Assembly: GCF_963921235.1 (NCBI RefSeq)
Contig: NC_086097.1
Coordinates: 188,420,001-188,484,000, forward strand
Origin: Mobula hypostoma
Lineage: Eukaryota
DNA: 64,000 bases
Direction: 5' to 3'
The position numbers were made by a program, and so were the translations under genes. This document shows positions 54,143-64,000 of this stretch, in pieces. The notes under the pieces are model-generated. The model made no database searches. It was not told the DNA's origin and saw only the letters and a list, made by a program, of their open reading frames with translations. Position 1 is the first letter of the stretch. Every line of letters starts with the position of its first letter.

Positions 54143-54438
54143 AACTGAAAGAAGAGCTAGTAAGAGATTTGAAAGTGGGAGGGGGAGGGGGAGATCCAAA
54201 ATGACAGGAGAAGACAGGAGGGGGAGGGATGGAGCCAAGAGCTGGACAGGTGATTGGCAAAAGGGATATGAGAGGATAATGGGACAGGAGGCCTAGGGAG
54301 AAAGAAAAGGGGGAGGGGGGAAAACCCAGAGGATGGGCAAGGGGTAGTGAGAAGGACAGAGGGAGAAAAACGAGAGAGAGAAAAAGAATGTGTGTATATA
54401 AATAAATAATGGATGGGGTACCAGTGGGAGGTGGGGCA

Positions 54439-56348
54439 TTAGCGGAAGTTTGAGAAGTCAATATTCATGCCATCAGGTTGGAGGCTACCCAGACGGAATA
54501 TAAGGCGTTGTTCCTCCAACCTGAGTGTGGCTTCATCTTGACAGTAGAGGAGGCCATGGATAGACATATCAAAATGGGAATAGGACATGGAATTAAAATG
54601 TGTGGCCACTGGGTGATCCTGCTTTCTCTGGCGGACACAGCGTAGGTGTTCAGCAAAGTGGTCTCCCAGTCTGCGTCGGGTCTCGCCAATATACAGAAGG
54701 CCCCATCGGTTGCACTGGACGCAGTATATCACCCCAGCCAACTCACAGGTGAAATGTCGCCTCACCTGGAAGGACTGTCTGGGGCCCTGAAGGTGAGGGA
54801 GGATGTGTAAGGACATGTGTAGCACTTGTTCTGCTTACAAGGATAAGTGTCAGGATAGAGATCGGTGGGGAGGGATGGGGGGGGACAAATGGACAAGAAG
54901 TCACGTAGGGAGCGATCCCTGCGGAAAGCAGATGGGGGGGGAAGAAAGATGTGTTTAGTGGTGGGATCCCGTTGGAGGTGGCGGAAGTTACGGAGAATAA
55001 TATGTTGGACCCGGAGGCTGGTGGGGTGGTAGGTGAGGACCAGGGGAACCCTATTCCTAGTGGGGTGGTGGGAGGATGGAGTGAGAGCAGATGTGCGTGA
55101 AATGGGGGAGATGTGTTTGAGAGCAGAGTTGATGGTGGAGGAAGGGAAGCCCCTTTCTTTACAAAATGAGGACATCTCCCTCGTCCTGGAATGAAAAGCC
55201 TCATCCTGAGAGCAGATGCGGCGGAGACAGAGGAATTGCGAGAAGGGGATGGCATTTTTGCAAGACACAGGGTGAGAAGAGGAATAGTCCAGATAGCTGT
55301 GAGAGTCAGTAGGCTTATAGTAGACATCAGTGGATAAGCTGTCTCCAGAGATAGAGACAGAAAGATCTAGGAAGGGGAGGGAGGTGTCAGAAATGGACCA
55401 GGTAAACTTGAGGGCAGGGTGAAAGTTGGAGGCAAAGTTAATGAAGTCAATGAGCTTAGCATGCGTGCAGGAAGCAGCGCCAATGCAGTCGTCGATGTAG
55501 CGAAGGAAAAGTGGGGGACAGATACCAGAATAGGTTTGGAACACAGACTGTTCCACAAAGCCAACGAAAAGGCAGGCATAGCTGGGACCCATACAGGTGC
55601 CCATAGCTACACCTTTAGTTTGGAGGAAGTGGAAGGAGCCAAAGGAGAAATTATTAAGAGTAAGGACCAATTCCACTAGACGGAGCAGAGTGGTGGTAGA
55701 AGGGAACTGGTTAGGTCTGGAATCCAAAAAGAAGCGGAGAGCTTTGAGACCTTCCTGATGGGGGATGGAAGTATATAGGGACTGGACTTCCATGGTGAAA
55801 ATAAAGCGGTGGGGGCCAGGGAACTTAAAATCATCGAAAAGTTTAAGAGCGTGAGAAGTGCCACGAACATAGGTGGGAAGGGATTGAACAAAGGGGGATA
55901 AAACCATGTTGAGGTACGCAGAAACGAGTTCAGTGGGGCAGGAGCAAGCTGAGACAATAGGTCGACCAGGACAGGCAGGTTTGTGGATCTTGGGTAGGCG
56001 GTAGAAACGGGAAGTGCGAGGTTTGGGAACTATAAGGTTGGTAGCAGTGGATGGGAGATCCCCTGAGCGGATAAAGTCGGTGATGGTGTGGGAGACAATG
56101 GCCTGGTGCTCCTTAGTGGGGTCACGATCGAGGGGTAAATAAGAGGAGGTATCTGCGAGTTGTCGCTGTGCCTCAGCAAGGTAGAGGTCAGTACGCCAGA
56201 CTACAACAGCACCCTCCTTATTGGCGGGTTTAATAGTAAGGTTAGGATTAATGCGGAGGGAGTGGAGAGCAGAGTGTTCGGAAGGAGTGAGGTTGGAATG
56301 GGGACAAGGTGCGGTGAAGTCGAGACGGTTGATGTCCCGTCGGCAGTT
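54439..56348 (-). pseudogene. Penelope RT/GIY-YIG coding region; open from about 56348 through the RT, frameshifted before the endonuclease
   Basis: ORFs 54762-55907 and 54439-54825; frame extends upstream by manual translation (NCRRDINRLD...KPANKEGAVVVW). Confidence 0.88.
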
Positions 56349-56670
56349 AACATTGACTTCTCAAGCTTCCGCTAATGCACCACCCCACTGTACCCCATCC
56401 GTTATTTATTTATATACACACATTCTTTTTCTCTCTCTCCTTTTTCTCCCTCTGTCCCTCTCACTATACCCCTTGCCCATCCTCTGGGTTTTCCCCCCTC
56501 TCCCTTTTCTTTCTCCCTAGGCCTCCTGTCCCATTATCCTCTCACGTCCCCTTTGCCAATCAACTGTCCAGCTCTTGGCTCCATCCTTCCCCCTCCTGTC
56601 TTCTCCTATCATTTTGGATCTCCCCCTCCCCCTCCCCCTCTCAAATCTCTTACTAGCTCTTCCTTCAGTT

Positions 56671-56706
56671 AGTCCTGATGAAGGGTCTCGGCCTGAAACG
56701 TCGACT
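56671..56706 (+). ncRNA. Minimal type-I hammerhead ribozyme motif in the Penelope terminal repeat
   Basis: AGTC-CTGATGA-A-GGGT(CTCG)GCCT-GAAAC-GTC^-GACT: stem I AGTC/GACT, complete core, palindromic ACGT stem III. Confidence 0.8.
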
Positions 56707-57008
56707 GTACCTCTTCCTAGAGATGCTGCCTGGCCTGCTGTGTTCACCAGCAACTTTGATGTGTGTTGCTTCAATTTCCAGCATCTGCAGATTTCCTTGT
56801 GTTAACAACACTCTTATGACATTTTTCTCTTCAAATATTAATGCTGAAAATGCCATTGTTCTAATCATTTAACTCGTAATTGATAATGACCTTTGAGATT
56901 TAAAATATCACAAAGAGTTGGTATTTCCTTCCCATTCTGATTTGCTGCTTACATTTTCTCATTAAGTTAGAGTGGCAGTAGAACCATTCCCAACATGTCT
57001 TAAAGCTA

Positions 57009-57221
<213 letters not shown>

Positions 57222-57879
57222 TCACCACATTTGGTCATGGCTGCTACTAAACCCAAGTTAGTGCTTCTTTCCCATTATGAGGTAACCGTTTATAAATCGT
57301 GGTTACTTAATTACGAAGTAGACTGAGTATATCATGTGCTAAAAATATTCTATTTTCAAATTTATGTATAATTAAATCAGTTGTCCATTAGAACGTAAAG
57401 AGAAACCACTCATCTCATGAACATTGACCTTGTTTTGCTCAAATTAGTTATAATACTTACTGGCATAACAGTATAATTATTGTGTATACAGTGCATTCAT
57501 ATGTTAAGAAATTTCAGAAAGGTCAAGAACAACAAAGCAATTCTTCTCAAATGGTTTCAGTGTCAATAGCTCCAAGTGAGAGAATAGCATGAGATCATAC
57601 CATTACTTAATCATATGAAAGTTGAATCTGAAGTTCAGTGCAGTTACTTGCTACAGTTCTATTTCAGATCAAAGAAGTTTCACATATATTAAATCTTTCA
57701 TGACCAGACAATGAAATGTAGTCACTTTAAACAATCACTTTAAATATAATGATTTAAATCTACAACAAGAGAAACATTAATTGATGGGTTAGCATCAAAT
57801 CAGACTGCAATACCTTTAGTTCTTTGTCATTTAAGGAATTAAGCTGATTGATCTGTTAAGAAATCTTGCATAACAAAAT

Positions 57880-58172
57880 CAAAAGTCAAAGTTAAAGTCT
57901 GTCCCGAGCCTTTGTGGCCCATCAGGCCAGTGCTTATGCTGGTTTCTGTGGCGTGAAGCGACTGAGAATATGAGACTCCCCCACAGACAGGACACCAATT
58001 TCTCGCGAGGTTAACCCCCAGCATTTGTCGGTACCCATTTTCAGCTGGGTGGACTGGAGCTGTGTGTGGTTAAGTGCCTTGCTCAAAGACACAACATGCT
58101 GCCTTGGCCGAGACTCAAACCCACAACCTTCAGCTCGTGAGCCCAACACCCTAACCACTTGGCCACGCACCA
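57880..58172 (-). mobile_element. tRNA-derived SINE, same family as 5216-5505
   Basis: Full-length alignment by eye; GACTTT-type tail. Confidence 0.85.
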
Positions 58173-58416
58173 CACACATATCAAAATAACTCTAAAAATC
58201 TCTTTTCAAAATTTAAAACAAATTTCATGAATAGATTAGTCCGAAGCACAGAGACGCTTCAAACTCATTTCAAAAATGATTGAAATCTTTAACTTCAAGG
58301 AAATTGCTCACCATATTGCTTGATCTACAGTAACAGCACAGATCTAAATGAACTCCCATTACACCTACCCCCTTCTCTTCATTTACACAACCACTACAGA
58401 ATAAAGTGTCCCATAC

Positions 58417-58468
58417 CTTCACAAAATGGATTTTGAAAATTGAAGTTTAGTGGAAATTCATGGGATAC
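58417..58468 (-). CDS. cpne3: Copine gene B exon (VSHEFPLNFNFQNPFCE-G)
   Basis: 52 nt, TGCAG / GTATGG. Confidence 0.94.
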
Positions 58469-58558
58469 CTGCAGAACAAAGAACAATGTATAGCATAAAT
58501 CACATAATTAATATTTTATTTGAATACATTTATACAAAAGATCTACTTTAACATTTAC

Positions 58559-58613
58559 CTGCCAAGTAGGAGGTATTTTTGCACCAAACCCAAATGCCGG
58601 GAATAATTTGTCT
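58559..58613 (-). CDS. cpne3: Copine gene B exon (DKLFPAFGFGAKIPPTWQ); earlier exons lie beyond the window end
   Basis: 55 nt, TACAG / GTAAAT; FPAFGFGA copine motif; 90-nt intron to the next exon. Confidence 0.95.
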
Positions 58614-58809
58614 CTGTAAACGCAAATCATAATTAATTGTCTGCCTCCACGTCACAGTACAGTAAGTTATAACATGAAAATAAGTTACTTGAACATTAAC
58701 AAGCAGAAGTACCTGCAATTATTAAAGCAGGTACCCAAATTATTCTGTATAATAATCTCAAATCATGGATGGCCATAACATTATTTTTGTAAGACTTATT
58801 TTATTTTAG

Positions 58810-59095
58810 GGTGTTAAGGAGGAAGCTTATTTACCCAACAAACAGGTTTTGAAGTTTGTTGATTAAATACCAAAGGGATGATGGCGTTGAACACTGAGCA
58901 GTGAAAAAATAAATGGCAGTCTGTCTGTTGTCTAGGTAGCCCAAGGCTGAGTGGAGAGCCAGTGATACTGTATCCACCATAGACCTTTAGTGGTAGTAAG
59001 TAGGCAAACTGCAGAGGGTCCAGGTCCTTGCATAAGCATGAGCGAGCTCTGGCCATGCCTAACCACTTAAAACATATCATAGTAGATGTTGAGTG
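58810..59095 (-). mobile_element. Old Rex-Babar RT fragment
   Basis: DLDPLQFAY. Confidence 0.6.
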
Positions 59096-60085
59096 CTACT
59101 ACTAAATACAGAATATATACGTTATACTATACTGCCTACAGCAAGATGGTATGTGACTTGGAGGTGAATCTTCAGATTTTCCACATGACTACTGCCCTTA
59201 TCCTTTACAAGTCCTGGATTTGGAGGTACTGCTAGATTTTAATGATGAGGCATACTGATGTGACTTCCCACTAATTAAGAGGAAATTATAGTGTTTAGGT
59301 GATGAACTTTTTGGCATTGGAGTTACACTCATCAAGATAATTTGACAATATTAAAACACGACTTGCAAATTCATAAAATTCTAAATATAAAAATTACAAT
59401 TCCCGTGCCCCACCAAATTTCCACCTCAAACACCCAAGAAAAATGTAGGCACATTCTGTACTTAAACCTCCAAATGCAATCACAAAACACACTGATTTCA
59501 AAGCAGCAGGAGTGTAAATAATGACAACTAAACAGCCTAAGAGACTAAAAAAATGGCCGTTTGACTGTACGATTTTGTGGGATGACGAGCAAAGGCATGC
59601 TTAGTGGGACAGGTACCAAACGGGTACAGGACAGCGCAGAGAGTTTAAAAAGGAAGGTTGCTACCAATGGCTGTCTTTTGGATCGGGACTAAGAGCGTCA
59701 TGGGAGCTGAATTCTGAAGGAAGGCAGTTTGTTTAAAAAACTTCTTCAAGTGCAAGAAGGACGAAACTGCGTAAGCGCGTGACGTCAACAAGACAGCGCG
59801 GAGAGTTTAAAAAGGAGACCACTTTATATAGCGGGCAGCCGTCGGAGTGAGTGGGAGCAGAGTGTAGGGCTTTGGCTTCAACGGTAAACGGGAAGAGGCG
59901 AGAGCGAAGCGCCAACTCTTTTTTTCTCCCCCCGCCCCTTTCACAACTCGGCCCGGACAGACAGGAACAGCAGGGTTCTCACAGCTAACGGTACGAGCTA
60001 ATGGTTTAAAAAGTTCATCTGTTTGGCGAGGTAAGTGGGTGAGTAGACTTATTTTTCCTGTTTAATTCCTGTAGAATTAGATAGC

Positions 60086-61018
60086 ATGCCTGCAGGGTTA
60101 GTGCTTTGTTCAAGGTGTCAGATGTGGGAATCCTGGGAGACCTCCAGCCTCCCTGATGGCCACATCTGCGCCAGGTGCACTGAGATGCAGCTCCTCAGAG
60201 ACCGTGTTAGGGATTTGGAGCTGCAGCTTGATGACCTACTGCTTATCAGGGAAAGTGAAGAGGTGATAGATAGGAGCTACAGGGACGTAGTCATCCCTAG
60301 ACTACAGGGGTCAGAAAACTGGGTCACTGTCAAGAGAGGGAAGGGAAATGCCCGGATAGTGGAGAGCACACCTGTGGCTGTCCCCCTCAGCAACAAATAT
60401 CTTGTTCTGGATGCTGTTGAGGGGGATGACATGACAGGGGATGTCCACGGTGACCGGGTCTCTGGCACTGAGCCTGGGGCTGTTGTGCAGGAGAGGAGGA
60501 AGAAGAGGAATGCAGTAGTCATAGGGGATTCCATCGTCAGGGGAACGGACAGGAGATTCTGTGAGTCTGATAGAGATACCTGCATGGTGTGTTGCCTCCC
60601 AGGTGCCAGGGTACGGGATGTCTCGGATCGGGTCCTGAATATTCTGAAGGGGGAGGGTGAGCAGCCAGTTGTCTCGGTACATGTTGGTACCAATGACATA
60701 TATAGGACAAAGGAGGAGGTCCTGAAGACGGATTTCCAGGAGTTAGGAAGGAAGCTGAGAAGCAGGACCTCCAGGGTAGTAATCTCGGGATTGCTACCTG
60801 TGCCACGTGCTAGCAAGGGTAAGAATAGTAGGATCAGGCAGATGAATGCGTGGCTGAGAGACTGGTGCAGGGGGCAGGGCTTCAGATTCTTGGATAATTG
60901 GGATCTCTTCTGGGGGAAGTATGACCTGTTCAAAAAGGACAGGTTACACCTGAACCCGAAGGGGACCAATATCCTGGCGGGAAAGTTTAATAGAGCTGTT
61001 AGGGAGGGTTTAAACTAA
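60086..61018 (+). CDS. CR1 ORF1 (zinc finger, leucine zipper, SGNH esterase), uninterrupted, 310 aa
   Basis: CSRC...HICARC, heptad leucines, VIGDSIVRG, HVGTND, DRLHLN. Confidence 0.9.
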   Translation: MPAGLVLCSRCQMWESWETSSLPDGHICARCTEMQLLRDRVRDLELQLDDLLLIRESEEVIDRSYRDVVIPRLQGSENWVTVKRGKGNARIVESTPVAVPLSNKYLVLDAVEGDDMTGDVHGDRVSGTEPGAVVQERRKKRNAVVIGDSIVRGTDRRFCESDRDTCMVCCLPGARVRDVSDRVLNILKGEGEQPVVSVHVGTNDIYRTKEEVLKTDFQELGRKLRSRTSRVVISGLLPVPRASKGKNSRIRQMNAWLRDWCRGQGFRFLDNWDLFWGKYDLFKKDRLHLNPKGTNILAGKFNRAVREGLN

Positions 61019-61086
61019 TTTGGCAGGGGGATGGGAACCAGAATGACAGAGCGGAGGAAGGGGAAAACAGAAATAAATCTAAGATA

Positions 61087-63784
61087 GTGAGCAGTAAAGA
61101 TGTCAGGAAAGATAGGCAGGTGATGGGGCAAATTTGTAGCCATTGGAATGAGTTGCAGTGCAATAAAGTTGCAATGAAATCAAAGCGAAAAGTACCAAAT
61201 ACTGGTCTTAAGGTGTTGTACTTAAATGCACGCAACATAAGGAATCAGGTGGATGATCTTGTTGTACAGCTACAGATTGGCAGGTACGATATTGTGGCCA
61301 TCACTGAGACGTGGCTAAAGGATGCATGTCTCTGGGAGCTGAACGTCCAAGGATACACGGTGTATCGGAAGGATAGGCAAGTAGGCAGAGGGGGAGGCAT
61401 GGCTTTATTGGTAAGAAATGATATTAAATCATTAGAAAGAGGTGAAATAGGATCGGAAGGTGCAGAATCTTTATGGGTTGAGCTGAGAAATAGCAGGGGT
61501 AAAAGGACCCTGATGGCAGTTATTTATAGGCCTCCAAACAGCTGCAGTGATGTGGACTACAAATTACAACTGGAAATAGAAAAGGCTTGTCCGAAGGGCA
61601 GTGTTATGATAATTATGGGGGATTTTAACATGTGAGTGGATTGGGAAAATCAGGTCGGCACTGGATCTCAAGAGAGAGGATTTGTAGAATGTCTGCGAGA
61701 TGGCTTTTTAGAACAGCTTGTTGTTGAGCCCACTAGGGGATCGGCTGTACTGGATTGGGTATTGTGTAATGAACCAGAGGTGATTAGAGAGATTGAGGTG
61801 AAGGAACCCTTAGGAGGCAGTGATCATAACATGATTTGAGTTCACTATGAAATTTGAAAAAGAGAAGCCAAAATCTGATGTGTCGGTAATTCAGTGGAGT
61901 AAAGGAAATTACAGTGGCATGAGAGGGGAACAGGCCAAAGTTGACTGGAAAGGGACACTGGCGGGAAAGACGGCAGAGCAGCAGTGGCTGGAGTTTATGC
62001 GAGAAGTGAGGAAGGTGCAAGACAGGTATATTCCAAAAAATAAGAAAGTTTCGAATGGAAAAAGGATGCAATCGTGGTTGACAAGAGAAGTCAAAGCCAA
62101 AGTTAAAGCAAAGGAGAGGGCATACAAGGAAGCAAAAATTAGTGGGAAGACAGAGGATTGGGAAGTTTTTAAAAGCTTACAAAAGGAAACTAAGAAGGTC
62201 ACTAAGAGGGAAAAGATTAACTATGAAAGGAAGCTAGCAAATAATATCAAAGAGGATACTAAAAGCTTTTTCAAGTATATAAAGAGTAAAAGACAGGTGA
62301 GAGTAGATATAGGACTGATAGAAAATGATGCTGGAGAAATTGCAATGGGAGATAAAGAGATGGCAGAGGAACTGAACGAGTATTTTGCATCAGTCTTCAC
62401 TGAGGAAGTCATCAGCAGTATACTGGACACTCAAGGATGGCAGGGAAGAGAAATGTGCGCAGTCACAATTACAACAGAGAAAGTACTCAGGAAGCTGAAT
62501 AGTCTAAAGGTAGATAAATCTCCCGGACAAGATGGAATGCACCCGTGTGTTCTGAAGGAAGTAGCTGTGGAGATTGCGGAGGCATTAGCGATGATCTTCA
62601 AAAGTTGATAGATTCTGGCATGGTTCCAGAGGACTGGAAGATTGCAAATGTCACTCCGCTATTTAAGAAGGGGGCAAGGAAGCAAAAAGGAAATTATAGA
62701 CCTGTTAGCTTGACATCGGTGGTTGGGAAGTTGTTGGAGTCAATTGTCAAGGATGAGGTTACAGAGTACCTGGAGGCATATGACAAGATAGGAAGAACTC
62801 AACATGGATTCCTTAAAGGAAAATCCTGCCTGACAAACCTATTACAATTTTTTGAGGAAATGACCAGTAGGCTAGACAAGGGAGATGCAGTGGATGTTGT
62901 ATATTTGGATTTTCAGAAGGCCTTTGACAAGGTGCCACTCATGAGGCTACTTAACAAGATAAGAGCCCATGGAATTACAGGAAAGTTACATACGTGGATA
63001 GAGTGTTGTCTGATTGGCAGGAAACAGAGAGTGGGAATAAAGGGATCCTATTCTGGTTGGCTGCCGGTTACCAGTGGTGTTCCTCAGGGGTCCGTTATGG
63101 GGTCGCTTCTTTTTACATTGTACATCAACGATTTGGATTATGGAATAGATGGCTTTGTGGCTAAGTTTGCTGACAATACGAAGATAGGTGGAGGGGCCGG
63201 TAGCGTTGAGGAAATGAAGAGTCTGCAGAGGGATAGATTAGAAGAATGGGCAAAGAAGTGGCAAATGAAATACAATGTTGGAAAGTATATGGTTATGCAC
63301 TTTGGCAGAAGAAATAAACGGGCAGACTATTATTTAAATGGGGAAAGAATTCAAATTTCTAAGATGCAACGGGACTTGGGAGTCCTCGTACAGGATACCC
63401 TTAAGGTTAACCTCCAGGTTGAGTCGGTAGTGAAAAAGGCGAATGCAATGTTGGCATTCATTTCTAGAGGAATAGAGTATAGGAGTAGGGATGTGATGTT
63501 GAGGCTCTATAAGGCACTGGTGACAACTTACTTGGGAGTACTGTGGGTAGTTTTGGTCTCCTTATTTAAGAAAGGATGTGCTGACATTGGAGAGGGTACA
63601 GAGAACATTCACTAGAATGATTCCGGGAATGAGAGGGTTAACATATGAGGAACATTTGTCCGCTCTTGGACTGTATTCCTTGGAGTTTAGAAGAATGAGG
63701 GGAGACCTCATGGAAACATTTCGAATATTGAAAGCCATGGACAGAGTGGATGTGGCAAAGTTGTTTCCCATGATGGGGGTCTAG
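61087..63784 (+). pseudogene. CR1 ORF2 (AP endonuclease and RT) disrupted by stops and frameshifts
   Basis: YLNARNI, AITETWL, MGDFN, GSDHNMI, NYRPVSLTSV, DFQKAFDKVP, GVPQGS, KFADN; split over five ORFs. Confidence 0.92.
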
Positions 63785-64000
63785 TAGAGAGGGCATGACT
63801 TAAGGATTGAAGGGCACCCATTCAGAACAGAAATGCGAAGAAATTTTTTTAGTCAGAGGGTGGTGAATCTATGGAATTTGTTGCCACGGGCAGCAGTGGA
63901 GGCCAAGTCATTGGGGGTATTTAAGGCAAAGATTGATAGGTATCTGAGTAGCCAGGGCATCAAAGGTTATGGTGAGAAGGTGGGGGAGTGGGACTAAATG

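Larger units (their letters stand above)
54062..56803 (-). mobile_element. Penelope-like element: 5'-truncated RT/GIY-YIG ORF with an inverted terminal repeat (56351-56803)
   Basis: RT motifs FYRLPKIHKP, SLYTSIP, QTKGVAMG, FLRYIDD, YYKPTDSH; GIY-YIG VIYCVQC..LYIGET..FAEH; candidate TSD AACAATACTTTTATG / AACAACACTCTTATG. Confidence 0.95.
59550..64000 (+). mobile_element. Near full-length CR1 LINE, antisense within an intron of copine gene B
   Basis: CpG-rich 5'UTR, ORF1, ORF2 with endonuclease and RT, 3' end running off the window. Confidence 0.95.

Noticed and set aside
60277..60969. 230-aa minus-strand ORF and other antisense ORFs (36312-36902, 41464-42027)
   Set aside because: Shadow frames of LINE coding sequence with no recognisable domains

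Overview
AT-rich, repeat-dense vertebrate genomic DNA. The repeat repertoire (V-SINE, CR1, Rex-Babar, Penelope) suggests a cartilaginous fish; this is an inference. Two copine-3-like genes lie head-to-tail on the minus strand. The upstream copy B contributes its last five coding exons (vWA domain, stop at 48699, polyA signal near 47.9 kb). A CpG-rich putative promoter and non-coding exon 1 follow at about 43.7-44 kb, then the first eight coding exons of copy A (C2A and C2B domains, 272 aa, 19124 down to 159). Introns contain a near full-length CR1 with intact ORF1, many CR1, Rex-Babar and RTE fragments, two solo LTRs, hAT and Tigger elements with clear TIRs/TSDs, and modular tRNA-derived SINEs. 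The most notable non-coding system is a Penelope-like retroelement (RT plus GIY-YIG) whose terminal repeats carry minimal type-I hammerhead ribozyme motifs. The same terminus also forms ~220-bp palindromic mini-elements with back-to-back hammerhead remnants. Exon coordinates were read from splice sites; most repeat boundaries without TSDs are approximate.
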